From Alphaproteobacteria bacterium (GTDB lineage: Bacteria; Pseudomonadota; Alphaproteobacteria; SP197): a stretch of DNA of 64,000 bases. The notes beneath the pieces are model-generated. The model had not been told where the DNA came from. It searched no databases and saw only the letters and a program-made list of their open reading frames with translations. Both the position numbers and the translations under genes were made by a program. This document shows, piece after piece, positions 9,331 through 19,441 of this stretch (position 1 is the stretch's first letter; each line of letters starts with the position of its first letter). Location: contig OZ219747.1 of NCBI GenBank assembly GCA_964291265.2, positions 1,600,001 to 1,664,000 of the forward strand, read 5' to 3'.

Positions 9331-10056
9331 CTACCAGCGCTCGACGGCGGGACGCAGGTCGATCTCGTGACTCCAGGCGGTCGGATGCTGGCCGTGAAGA
9401 TCGAGATAGGTGGCGGCGATGGCATCGGGATCGAGCAGTGTGTCGAGACCCCGTTCGGGGACCTCGTGGGCATGCTGCGGGCCATTGATCTGGCCGTCGA
9501 TGTTGACCAGGGCCACGTGAACGCCGGCTGGTCCCAGTTCGCGCGCCATGGACTGTGCCAGGGCCCGCAGACCGAACTTGCCCACCGCGAAACCGGCGAA
9601 GTGCGACGATCCCTTGTAGCAGGCGGTGGCACCGGTGAAGATCAGGGTGCCGTTGCCCCGTTCCACCATGGCCACAGCGGCGGCGCGGCCGACCATGAAG
9701 GCGCCAAGGCAGGTGACCTGCCACTGCCGGGTGAGTTCCTCTGCCTCGATGTCGAGAATCGACTTTCTCAGGAACCCGCTGGCGTTGTAGACCACGAGTG
9801 ACGGTGCGCCGAGTTCGCCCGTGACCGCAGCGAAGAGGCCGGCGACATCCGCCTCCCTTGTGGCATCGCAGGCAAAGGACCTGACGGGGCCGCCGGTGAT
9901 CCCGGCGATGCCGGTGGCCACGCGTTCCGCGTGGCCGGAATTGCGCGAGGCGACGGCAACCGTCATGCCTGCTGACGAAAACTGGCGCGCCAGACCGGCG
10001 CCAAGGCCTTCACCGGCACCGACGATCAGTGCCACGCCCTCGAATGAGCGGTTCAT
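9331..10056 (-). CDS. SDR family oxidoreductase
   Basis: GAGEGLG, YNAS, FTGATA, KFGLRALAQSMARELGP. Confidence 0.92.
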   Translation of the reverse strand: MNRSFEGVALIVGAGEGLGAGLARQFSSAGMTVAVASRNSGHAERVATGIAGITGGPVRSFACDATREADVAGLFAAVTGELGAPSLVVYNASGFLRKSILDIEAEELTRQWQVTCLGAFMVGRAAAVAMVERGNGTLIFTGATACYKGSSHFAGFAVGKFGLRALAQSMARELGPAGVHVALVNIDGQINGPQHAHEVPERGLDTLLDPDAIAATYLDLHGQHPTAWSHEIDLRPAVERW

Positions 10057-10103
10057 CAACGTGTTCCTTCTTCAGGGATGGGAGGGATCAGCCACGACCT
10101 GCA

Positions 10104-11870
10104 TCACCCGTAGAGAGCATCGAGGCGGGCGCCGAAGCGCTCGCGCACGACATGACGGCGGATCTTGAGGGTTGGGGTCATCAACCTGTTCTCCACCGTG
10201 AAGGGTTCCGGCGCCACCATGATGCGCCTGACCTTCTCGATGGGCGTGAGGTTTGCATTGGCGCGGTCCACGGCCTCCTTCATGGCAGTGTCGAGAGCGT
10301 CATGACCGGCGAGGACGGCGAGGTCGGCGTCAAGACCCCTTTCGCGGGCGAATTCGGCAAGCCAGGTGTCATCGGGCACCACGAGCGCCACGAGATGGGG
10401 TTGACGATCACCGTCCACCATGCACTGGGCGATCTCCGGTTCCACGTTGAGGATGCCTTCCACCCGCTGTGGTGCGATATTGTCACCCCCGGAATTGACG
10501 ATGATGTCCTTCTTGCGGTCGGTGATGCTGAGGAAACCGTCATCGTCGAATTCGCCGATATCGCCGGTATGGAGCCAGCCGTCCCTCAGCGCCTCGCCGG
10601 TGGCCTGCGGATTGTTCCAGTACCCGTCCATGAGGAGGCCGCCGGCGACGAGAACTTCTCCGTCATCGGCAATCCGGACCTCGACCTCCGGGAGAGGCCT
10701 TCCCACGCTTGCCATCCTGGTGTGCCCGGGAAGGTTGCAGGAGACCACCGGTGCCGCCTCCGTCTGGCCGTAGCCCTGGAGCAGCGTGAGGCCGAGAGCC
10801 GAAAAGAACGTTCCGACCTCCGGATTGAGGGCGGCGCCTCCCGATATCATGGCCGTGAGGCGGCCGCCGAAACGGGCGCGCACCTTGTCGCGGACGAGCT
10901 TGTCAAGCACGCGATCCTGGAGGCGTTCGATGAGGCCGAGTGACTCACCCCTGAATCGCCTTCTTCCCAGTTCGACGGCCTTCTCGAAGAGTCGTTTCTT
11001 CATGCCGCCTTCGCGGGCAATGCCGGCGAGAATGCGCTGGCGCATCACCTCGTAGAGCCTCGGGACGCAGGTCATGATGGTGGGACGCGCCTCGGGCATG
11101 TTGGTGATGAGCGTGTCGACGCCTTCGGCGTAGCGGATTTCCGCACCGATCGAGATCGGGAAGAGGAAGCCGGCGGTATGCTCGTAGGCATGCGAGAGCG
11201 GCAGGAAGGAGAGAAAGGTGTCGATGCTCGACAGCATGGGCCTGACACCCATCCAGATGCTCTTGAGGTTCGACAGCAGCGCGTGGTGGGAGAGAATGAC
11301 CCCCTTGGGGAGACCCCCCGTTCCCGATGTGTAGATCAGGCACGCCGTGTCCTTGCGTTCGAGGGCGGCGATTCGCGACTCCACCTCGGCCGTATCGTCG
11401 GCCGAGGCATCGGACCAGGGAATCACCTTGACGTCACCGATGGCCGTGACCTTGTCCATGGCGATGACGCAGGCGACATCCGCGGCGGCAGCGGCGGGAA
11501 GGAAGGTGCGGGCCAGTCCTTCACCGGAGACGAACGCCATCGTCGCGCCGCTGTCCTTCATGAGATGTTCGTGAAGTTCACGGGTGTAGGTCGTGTAGGC
11601 GGGAACGGTGATGCCGCCTGCCGACATGACGGCAAGATCGGCCATGGCCCATTCCGGCCGGTTCTCCGATGCCAGGACAACGCGGTCACCGGGTTTCAGC
11701 CCGAGAGCCACCAGTCCGGCAGCAAGCCTGCGCACGTCTCGTGCGACCCTCTCCCAACTTCGCGGGCGCCATGTGCCGTCCTCCTTGGCCCACAGGAAGG
11801 GACGGTCGGCACACTGCTCGGCCATGTCGAAGAACATGGATGGGATGCCGGACCAGCTGTCGTACCGCAT
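10104..11870 (-). CDS. Long-chain fatty acid-CoA ligase (AMP-binding)
   Basis: IYTSGTGGLPKG, QGYGQTE, WLHTGDIG, DRKKD; GGAGG before the ATG at 11870. Confidence 0.93.
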   Translation of the reverse strand: MRYDSWSGIPSMFFDMAEQCADRPFLWAKEDGTWRPRSWERVARDVRRLAAGLVALGLKPGDRVVLASENRPEWAMADLAVMSAGGITVPAYTTYTRELHEHLMKDSGATMAFVSGEGLARTFLPAAAAADVACVIAMDKVTAIGDVKVIPWSDASADDTAEVESRIAALERKDTACLIYTSGTGGLPKGVILSHHALLSNLKSIWMGVRPMLSSIDTFLSFLPLSHAYEHTAGFLFPISIGAEIRYAEGVDTLITNMPEARPTIMTCVPRLYEVMRQRILAGIAREGGMKKRLFEKAVELGRRRFRGESLGLIERLQDRVLDKLVRDKVRARFGGRLTAMISGGAALNPEVGTFFSALGLTLLQGYGQTEAAPVVSCNLPGHTRMASVGRPLPEVEVRIADDGEVLVAGGLLMDGYWNNPQATGEALRDGWLHTGDIGEFDDDGFLSITDRKKDIIVNSGGDNIAPQRVEGILNVEPEIAQCMVDGDRQPHLVALVVPDDTWLAEFARERGLDADLAVLAGHDALDTAMKEAVDRANANLTPIEKVRRIMVAPEPFTVENRLMTPTLKIRRHVVRERFGARLDALYG

Positions 11871-12014
11871 CGTCGCCTCCATCCGCCGGGACAGGCAGGG
11901 ATCATACCGATGCCGGCGAAGCATCGGCAAGGACAGCGAGCGATCGTCCGCGTCGGCCATGACATTGTCAGACGAGGCGCCGGAGGATAAGGATGGTGTG
12001 CCGCAACCCGAAGG

Positions 12015-13796
12015 ATGCAAGGCGTGATCGAGGCATCCACTCTCCCTCGCTGGGATCTCTCGGATCTCTATTCCGGACCGGAAGATCCGGCGATTGCTGC
12101 AACCCTCGAGAGGCTTTCCGGGGAGGCGGATGCGTTCGCCAGGGACTACCAGGGGCGGCTTCAAGGACTGTCGACTCGGGCCTTCGCCGACCTCATCGAG
12201 CGATACGCGGCCCTCGTTGAGAGCATGGGCCGCGTTGAGAGCTACGCCGACCTGCTGTTTGCCGTCAACAGGAACGATGCCGGTGTCGCCAGACTGCACC
12301 AGATGGTCCGGGAACGGCTGACGGAGGCCAACACGGCGCTGGTCTTCCTGGGGCTGGACATCAACAGGCTTGACGAGGAGACGGTGAAGCGGCTGCTCGG
12401 CGATCCGGGTATCGCACGCTACCGGACCTGGTTCGAGGCCCTGCGCAGCTTCAGGCCGCATCAACTCTCTGACGAAGCCGAGGCGATGCTCAATGAACTC
12501 TCCGTCGTGCAGGCCGGCGCCTGGGTGCGCCTCTTCGATCAGACTATCGCTTCCCTGACCTTCTCGATCGATGGCGAGGACCTGTCGGAGGCAGAGGCGC
12601 TCGACCGTCTGTCCTGGGTCGACGCCGGGGTCAGACAGCGCACGGCGCGGGAACTCGCCGATGTCTTCAACCGGAACGCCAGGCTCTTTTCCCACATCAC
12701 CAACACGCTCGCCAAGATGAAGGCGATCGAGGACGGCTGGAGGTCGTTCACCCGGCCGATTTCCTCGCGCAACGTCGCCAACCTGATTGAGGATGAGACC
12801 GTCGACGCCCTCATCGGCGCCGTGCGCGAGGCCTATCCGCGTCTGTCGCACCGCTACTACGCCCTCAAGGCCGGCTGGTTCGGCGGTGACACACTCGACT
12901 GGTGGGATCGGAATGCACCCTTGCCCGGCATGGATGAGCCTTCATATGGGTGGGACGAGGCCCGCGACATCGTGCTCGATGCCTTCGGCGGGTTCTCGTC
13001 CCGCATAGCCGGTATCGCGGCGGACTTCTTCCAGAAGCGGTGGATCGACGCACCTGTCCTGCCGGGCAAGGATGGAGGAGCGTTCTCCCACCCGACCGTC
13101 CCCGCTGCCCATCCCTACATTCTTCTCAACTACCAGGGCCGGACTCGCGACGTGATGACGCTGGCCCACGAACTCGGCCACGGCGTCCATCAGGTTCTTG
13201 CCGCACCACAGGGTCCACTGCTGGCGCCGACACCCCTGACACTCGCCGAGACGGCATCGGTGTTCGGCGAACAGCTCGCCTTCCGGCATCTCCTCGAACG
13301 CGAGCACGATCCCCGGACCCGCAGGAGAATACTCGCCGGCAAGGTCGAGGACATGCTGAACACGGTGGTGCGGCAGATTGCCTTCTGCGACTTCGAGACG
13401 AGGCTCCATGACGCCCGGGCGGAAGGCGAACTGACCCCTGACGACATCGGTGATCTGTGGATGACCACTCAGTGCGAGAGCCTGGGGCCTGCCGTGCGTC
13501 TTGACGACGACTACCGCAGTTTCTGGTGCTACATTCCGCACTTCATCCATGCTCCCTTCTATGTCTATGCCTATGCCTTCGGCGACTGTCTCGTGAACGC
13601 CCTTCACGTGCTTCATCGCCAGGGCACGACCGGTTTCGAGACGATGTTCCTGGCCATGCTGGAGGCAGGGGGAAGCAAACATCATCGCGAGCTTCTCGCA
13701 CCCTTCGGACTCGATGCGACGAAGAGGGAGTTCTGGGCAGGGGGACTCCAGACGATCAGCGACATGATCGACGAACTCGAGGCAGAGACAGCGTGA
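12015..13796 (+). CDS. pepF: M3 family oligoendopeptidase F
   Basis: WDLSDLY, HELGHGVH zinc motif, AETASVFGE, YIPHF, FYVYAYAFG. Confidence 0.93.
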   Translation: MQGVIEASTLPRWDLSDLYSGPEDPAIAATLERLSGEADAFARDYQGRLQGLSTRAFADLIERYAALVESMGRVESYADLLFAVNRNDAGVARLHQMVRERLTEANTALVFLGLDINRLDEETVKRLLGDPGIARYRTWFEALRSFRPHQLSDEAEAMLNELSVVQAGAWVRLFDQTIASLTFSIDGEDLSEAEALDRLSWVDAGVRQRTARELADVFNRNARLFSHITNTLAKMKAIEDGWRSFTRPISSRNVANLIEDETVDALIGAVREAYPRLSHRYYALKAGWFGGDTLDWWDRNAPLPGMDEPSYGWDEARDIVLDAFGGFSSRIAGIAADFFQKRWIDAPVLPGKDGGAFSHPTVPAAHPYILLNYQGRTRDVMTLAHELGHGVHQVLAAPQGPLLAPTPLTLAETASVFGEQLAFRHLLEREHDPRTRRRILAGKVEDMLNTVVRQIAFCDFETRLHDARAEGELTPDDIGDLWMTTQCESLGPAVRLDDDYRSFWCYIPHFIHAPFYVYAYAFGDCLVNALHVLHRQGTTGFETMFLAMLEAGGSKHHRELLAPFGLDATKREFWAGGLQTISDMIDELEAETA

Positions 13797-15199
13797 CCGA
13801 CAGGGGCCTCAAGGACACCAACCGGTTGACCGGGCGGGCGGCGCGCTACGCGAAAGTCGGCGCAGCGGTCGGCCGCGTCGGCGCCAGGGCCATGACCGGG
13901 CGCGTCCTGGGAAGCCGTTCGGACAATGTCGAGATGGCGGTCAATCTCAAGAACGCGCTGGGCGGACTGAAGGGGCCGCTGATGAAGGTGGCGCAACTTC
14001 TGGCCACCATTCCTGATGTCCTGCCGCCGGAGTACGCCACGGAACTCGCCAAGCTGCAGGTCAACGCGCCGGCCATGGGGTGGCCGTTCGTACGCCGGCG
14101 GATGGCCGGTGAACTCGGCGCTGACTGGCAGGAGAAATTCACGTCCTTCGACCGCCAGGCATCGGCCGCCGCGTCGCTTGGCCAGGTGCACCGGGCGACC
14201 ACACCGGACGGCGTCGAGCGGGCCTGCAAACTCCAGTATCCCGACATGCAGTCGGCGGTGGAGGCGGATCTGAAGCAACTGAAGGTGCTGTTCGCGCTCT
14301 ATCACCGCTACGACAGGGCGATCGATCCAAGCCGGGTCTACGAGGAGATATCCGAGCGCTTGAGGGAAGAGCTCGACTACCGCCTGGAAGCGCGCCACCA
14401 GCGGCTCTACCGCGCCATCCTGGCGCAGCAGTCCAGGATCAATGTCCCGGCCGTCATCGACGAGCTATCCAGCGACCGCCTGATCACCATGGACTGGATC
14501 GAGGGGGTGCCGCTGATGTCGATGACCGAAGCCGACGCCGGGTCAAGAAACGAGATCGCGATGTCGATGTTCCTAGCCTGGTACGAGCCGTTCTACGGCT
14601 ACGGCGTCATCCACGGGGACCCCCATCCGGGCAACTACAAGGTGCGGCCCGACATGGGCATTCACCTGCTCGATTTCGGCTGCATCCGCATCTTTCCTCC
14701 ACGCTTCGTGACCGGAGTGATCAATCTCTATCACGCGCTCGGCAACGACGATCGCGATCTTGCCGTTCACGCCTACGAGACCTGGGGGTTCACGGGCCTC
14801 AGCGGCGAGGTGATCGATACCCTCAACATGTGGGCTGCCTTCGTCTACGCGCCCCTTCTCGAGAACCGGCCGCGGGTCATCCAGGACGAGGGGTCGCGCT
14901 ACGGGGCCCGGGTGGCATCGAAGGTCCATGCGCGCCTGAGGGAGCTGGGTGGGGTCACCGTGCCGCGGGAGTTCGTGTTCATGGACCGTGCCGCTCTTGG
15001 ATTGGGCAGCATCTTTCTTCATCTCAAGGCCGAAGTGAACTGGCACCGTGTCTTCCACAACCTCATCGACGGTTACCGGGAAGAGGATCTCGCCCGCCGC
15101 CAGACCCGAGCACTGGCCTCGGTCGGTCTGGGGGAGGGAGTGTCCCCGGCATTTGCCGAGGCAGCCGGAAACGCTGCGGGTCAGCAGATGCTTCCATGA
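13793..15199 (+). CDS. AarF/ABC1/UbiB kinase family protein
   Basis: LKGPLMKVAQ, AAASLGQVH, KLQYP, HGDPHPGN, LLDFG; GTGA overlap with the pepF stop. Confidence 0.92.
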   Translation: MTDRGLKDTNRLTGRAARYAKVGAAVGRVGARAMTGRVLGSRSDNVEMAVNLKNALGGLKGPLMKVAQLLATIPDVLPPEYATELAKLQVNAPAMGWPFVRRRMAGELGADWQEKFTSFDRQASAAASLGQVHRATTPDGVERACKLQYPDMQSAVEADLKQLKVLFALYHRYDRAIDPSRVYEEISERLREELDYRLEARHQRLYRAILAQQSRINVPAVIDELSSDRLITMDWIEGVPLMSMTEADAGSRNEIAMSMFLAWYEPFYGYGVIHGDPHPGNYKVRPDMGIHLLDFGCIRIFPPRFVTGVINLYHALGNDDRDLAVHAYETWGFTGLSGEVIDTLNMWAAFVYAPLLENRPRVIQDEGSRYGARVASKVHARLRELGGVTVPREFVFMDRAALGLGSIFLHLKAEVNWHRVFHNLIDGYREEDLARRQTRALASVGLGEGVSPAFAEAAGNAAGQQMLP

Positions 15200-15272
15200 T
15201 CCGTTCGCCGTCTGCACCGACGGCAGACAGACCGCTCATCGAACATGACCGCCCAGCAGGCAGGTCGCCCGG

Positions 15273-16955
15273 TCACGCGATCCATTCGCTCACGGGTGCC
15301 GCGCTCTCTTCAAGCGGCTGGGCGATGATATCGAGGAGCGCCGGTCCATCGTGATGCAGCAGGTCCTTGAGGGCGCCTTCGAGGTCACGCGATTCCGTCA
15401 CCCGCCGGGCCTTGATGCCGAAGGCTGCGGCAACGGCAGCATGATCCGTCGCCATGAAGTCGACACCGAAATAACGGCCGTTGAAGGAGGCCTTCTGGCC
15501 TGCCTTGATCCAGCCGAAGCCGGCGTTGGAAAGGACGATGAAGAGAATCGGCAGGCCAAGGCGCCGGACGGTCTCGAGTTCCCCTGCACTCATGGCAAAG
15601 CTGCCGTCTCCCATGACGGCCACGACCTGTCTTTCGGGCTGGGCAACGGCGGCGCCGATGGCCGCAGCGAGGGCGTATCCCAGTGCGCCATGAGCGCGGT
15701 TGGTGATGATGGAGCGGCCCGGCACGCGCACCTCGAAGTACGCCGCAACATAGGGGCAGGGCGTCCCGGCATCGGCGCACACGATGACATCGTCCGGCAG
15801 GGCGCGGCGCATCTCGACCATGATCCGTTCCGGCCGGATCGGTGCTCCGTCGCCCGGTCGTGCGAGTTGGCGTCTTCGCGCTTCCCGCACCGAGCGGGCG
15901 AGGCGGGCGCCGTGGTTGCGGACCGGTCCGTCGATGACCTCGAGCAATGCTTCCAGGGCGAGGCGGGCGTCGCCGTGAAGCGCCGCATCGCAGGCATAGT
16001 TGGCGCCGATCACGCCGGCATCGACATCGATGTGGATGGTCCGGGTTCCGGGATGCGGGAACTGCCAGCGTTCCGTGGTGACGGAGCCGGCGCGACAGCC
16101 GATGAAAAGGACGCAGTCGGCCTCGGCGACCGCGGCCCGCGTGGCCGGTATGCCGCCGTTGGATCCGACCACACCGAGTGACAGGGGATGGGTTTCGGCA
16201 AGGCTGCCCTTGCCGCTCACCGTGGTGGCCACCGCCATCCCGGTCCGCTCCGCCAGTGCGCCGAGGGCGTCCATGGCGCCGGACAGCAGGACCCCGCCAC
16301 CGCAGATCGCCAGGGGCCGTTCGGCACCGGCGACGATCGCGGCGGCACGCTCCGTCTCGCTGGCTGCCGGTGCTCCGGGGCGGCGATCGGACCGGGGGTC
16401 CGCCCGGATGCCGTCCGCCGGCACCGGCGCCTGCTGGACATCGAAGGGAAGCGATAGGTGAACGGCGCCCGGACGCCCGCTCGACGCCTCGCGAAAGGCC
16501 CGGCGGACGCCACGCGGCAGGGCGGCGCCTTCGTCGAGGATCGCGTTCCACTTGGTGACGGGCCGAAAGAGAGCTTCCTGATCGAGTTCCGTGAGGGTGA
16601 ACCGGCCGCGTGACGAGCGGGCGACGTCGCTGGTGATGGCCACCAGGGGGATCGCGCTTTCCTGGGCTTCGACGACTCCGGGAAGAATGTAGGTGGCGCC
16701 TCCGCCTGACGGTCCTTCGCAGACACCGACCCGGTCCGTGAGCTTGGCATAGGCGTCGGCCATGTAGGCGGCGTGACGTTCGTCGCGGACGAGAACATGG
16801 CTGATCGCATGATCAAGGCGAGCGAGAGCATCGTAGAAGGGAAGCGAGGTATCGCCGCACAGACCGAAGATGTGCCGCACGCCATGGAGCTCGAGCAGGC
16901 GCACCAGCGCCTCGGCGCCGTTGGGTTCGTTGCCTGATCCCGTGGTTCCCTGCAT
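15273..16955 (-). CDS. Thiamine diphosphate-dependent enzyme (acetolactate synthase-like)
   Basis: RDERHAAYMAD, GDGSF...N ThDP motif. Confidence 0.9.
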   Translation of the reverse strand: MQGTTGSGNEPNGAEALVRLLELHGVRHIFGLCGDTSLPFYDALARLDHAISHVLVRDERHAAYMADAYAKLTDRVGVCEGPSGGGATYILPGVVEAQESAIPLVAITSDVARSSRGRFTLTELDQEALFRPVTKWNAILDEGAALPRGVRRAFREASSGRPGAVHLSLPFDVQQAPVPADGIRADPRSDRRPGAPAASETERAAAIVAGAERPLAICGGGVLLSGAMDALGALAERTGMAVATTVSGKGSLAETHPLSLGVVGSNGGIPATRAAVAEADCVLFIGCRAGSVTTERWQFPHPGTRTIHIDVDAGVIGANYACDAALHGDARLALEALLEVIDGPVRNHGARLARSVREARRRQLARPGDGAPIRPERIMVEMRRALPDDVIVCADAGTPCPYVAAYFEVRVPGRSIITNRAHGALGYALAAAIGAAVAQPERQVVAVMGDGSFAMSAGELETVRRLGLPILFIVLSNAGFGWIKAGQKASFNGRYFGVDFMATDHAAVAAAFGIKARRVTESRDLEGALKDLLHHDGPALLDIIAQPLEESAAPVSEWIA

Positions 16956-17006
16956 CCTTGCCACGGTCCCGAAAATTCCGGGAACGTCAAGCACCGGAGG
17001 AGGGCG

Positions 17007-17661
17007 GTGATCGTCCAGGGGGCAAGGCCGTTTACGGGGCGGCTCCGGGTTCCCGCGCATTCCGGGCGACATGGGCCATGCCGGCACCTGGCCCTTTCCG
17101 GTGCTCTACCGGGTCGTGCGCGGCGCCTCGCCGGACCGGATGGTGCGGCACGACGCACCGGTTCTTTTCGAGGCCTTTCTCGCCGCCGGAAGAGAACCGG
17201 TGCGCGACGGAGCGGACGCCATCACCACCAATCGCGGCTTCCTCTCCGTCCTCCAGGAGCCTCTGGCGCGCCGTCTCGACGTTCCGGTCGCCGCGTCGTC
17301 CCTGATGCAGGTGCCGCTTGTGGCTGCCACCCTGCCGCCGCAACGGACCGTCGGCATCGTCAGCGTCTCGAAAGAATCGCTGACCCCCCGCGCACCTCGC
17401 TGCAGACGGCGCCCTTGCCGGGACCCTGCTCGGCAATCGCCCGGAGCTCGATGTCGCGGCAGCCCGCACGGAGGTGGTCGGGCGGCGATGGACCTGAAAC
17501 GCACCGTGCCCGGCCTTGGCGCCGTGGTGTTGGAATGCACGAACATGGACCCCTATGCCGCCGATATCCGCAAGGTCACCGGAGTGCTGGTCCACTCGAT
17601 CAGGACCTGCATGGCGTGGTTTCGCGTGTCCCTGGAACCAGCGCACTTCGCCCCGGCATGA
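17007..17661 (+). pseudogene. Asp/Glu/hydantoin racemase-like protein, degraded
   Basis: FPRIPGDMGHAGTWPFPV, AITTNRGF (the usual Cys is replaced), LECTNM. N-terminal GGKAVYGA is in another frame and the middle is scrambled. Confidence 0.7.
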
Positions 17662-17970
17662 AGGGCCTGGAACCCCGTGCCGGATCCCTCATTGCCCCTG
17701 GAGGTCCGCGAGGTTCATCCGCATCTCAAGCGTCCGGCCGACGTTTCGGTGCGGATGGCGCGATCATCCCGGGGGCCGCCAGGGAGGTATTCGGGCACGG
17801 CATCGCGTCCATCTGCCATGGCCGCCCCGCACCGGCATCCCCAGAAGATATCCTGAGCGGCCCGGGCAGGGAGGTGGACCATGCATCGGCCGGTCGCACG
17901 ATCCTCCCTCGGTCGATTCCGTCCGGCCTCGCTCGATGCTTGCGTGCACCCGAAGCCGGATGACGGGCGA

Positions 17971-18615
17971 TCAGTCGTCCTGGACCCGGTCGTGGACCTG
18001 GCGGCGGGGTTTCTCGAAGACCCGGTTGAGCGCAGGCATGAAGGCCTTGAGCGGCATGGTGTCGTAGGCCGGGTCGAAGGCAGCCTGGTCATAGTCGTCG
18101 CAGAACCGCCGGCAGGCCTCGAAGTGGGGGTGACCCCGCAGCGACTCCCTTGCGTGCCTGTCTCCACCGAGATGGTGGAAGAAATGATAGCCCTGGAACA
18201 TCTCGTGGTGCTTGACGATCCAGTAGACCTGGGGCCGCACGTAGGGCTTGAGAACCGCGGCACAGAATTCGCCGTGGTTGTCGCGGGCAAAGAAGTCGCC
18301 GATATCGTGAAGCAGGGCGGCAGCGATGATCTCGTCATCGTCGTCGTGTCCGTCACGCCAGGCGCGGCTGGCGGTTTGCAGGCTGTGTTCGTAGCGGTCG
18401 ACGGGATAGACGTGATCGGGCGCACGCAGCATGTCGAGATGTTCGAGGCACAGCTCCAGAACCCGGGAAGGTTCATGAGCTCCGTACTTTTCGATCGCAG
18501 CCCAGTCCTCGACCGTCGACTCCTCGAAACAGGTGAATGTCGCCTTCTTCCTGATGGGTCCGCCCTCGGCAATGAGGTCGTGGGCGGTCCTGCGCCGTTC
18601 CGCAACGAGGGTCAT
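17971..18615 (-). CDS. HD-domain protein (PhnZ/TmpB-like diiron subfamily)
   Basis: EHSLQTA, ALLHDIG, NH, KHH, DQAAFDP. Confidence 0.85.
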   Translation of the reverse strand: MTLVAERRRTAHDLIAEGGPIRKKATFTCFEESTVEDWAAIEKYGAHEPSRVLELCLEHLDMLRAPDHVYPVDRYEHSLQTASRAWRDGHDDDDEIIAAALLHDIGDFFARDNHGEFCAAVLKPYVRPQVYWIVKHHEMFQGYHFFHHLGGDRHARESLRGHPHFEACRRFCDDYDQAAFDPAYDTMPLKAFMPALNRVFEKPRRQVHDRVQDD

Positions 18616-19028
18616 GGGGTGGACTCCCGGTGTTCGTGTGGATGCTCATCATGAAACGCCACGGGACTGTCTGTCCACCCAGTTCGCCGAGCGTTACTCC
18701 GGACACATGACTGCTGGTGGCCTGGCAAGGATGCGTCGATTGCGGTCATAGATCGGACACTCTGACCTGATCACCTGAGGTGGTATGTCGCATATCCCAG
18801 GAAATCCACTGTTTTCCCGTGTTTCCGGCTGTTCCGGTGCGGATCTTGCTGAACAGGTGGTGACGGGAACATCCAGTACGTGACGTTCCGCCATGAGCCT
18901 GTCATGACGCCCTGCCCGCCGTTCCAGGGCGCCGATGCCACACGACACGGGTCGCGCCGTTGCCGGCGAGTGACCGCGCGGTCACGCCGGGGCCGTCGTC
19001 ACAGCACAAGCAGGCCAACTGGTGGAAT

Positions 19029-19251
19029 GTTGCCGGGTGCAAGCTCCGGCAGGAAGAGAGATGAACCACCACTTTCTCCGTGAACCATGCGTCGGGCGTC
19101 GTAAGGCGAAGCGTTGGTGAGCGGCAGGCGTGGGCCGGGCCATTGAGCCACGAAATGCAGTGAAACCGGAGTGCCGAGGTCGTCCGCTTGGCCGAAGGCA
19201 ACACCCTCGGAGTCGCGTTGGCGAGGCAAGCAGGGGCTCGGCGGGGTCCGA
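19029..19251 (+). ncRNA. Truncated 5' portion (domain I) of a group II intron
   Basis: GCCGGGTGCAAGCTCCGGC, GCGAAGCGTTGG, GTGGGCCGGGCCATTGAGCCACGAAAT, GGAGTGCCGAGG and CCGAAGGCAACACC occur in the usual order. No RT ORF or domain V follows. Confidence 0.55.
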
Positions 19252-19394
19252 GAGTTTGTTCCTTATGTCGTCGCTATGCCTATACTGCGCTTAGGTTGGT
19301 CTCAGCCCAAGCCATGGTACCTGACTACATGTGGTATTGTGTATCCAACAGAATACCATGATTCGTGATCACCCGCGACTTTAGGAACAAATTC
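19252..19394. mobile_element. 143-bp MITE-like element with terminal inverted repeats
   Basis: Left GAGTTTGTTCCTTATGTCG versus right CGACTTTAGGAACAAATTC (16/19 complementary). Second copy at 1583-1716. Confidence 0.6.
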
Positions 19395-19441
19395 ACATGC
19401 CTCGACATCGCTCATCGGCAACGGGGCACAACGACGAAAGA

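Noticed and set aside
10104-12851. 915-aa ligase and other N-terminally extended ORF calls (2815, 4149, 13526, 30384, 31022, 33994)
   Set aside because: The extensions overlap neighbouring genes, and internal starts with SD sites or stop-start overlaps fit the families better. They are not real fusions.
19255-19275. Alphaproteobacterial LexA box (GTTC-N7-GTTC) upstream of mukF
   Set aside because: The second half-site is missing, and the sequence is better explained as a TIR.
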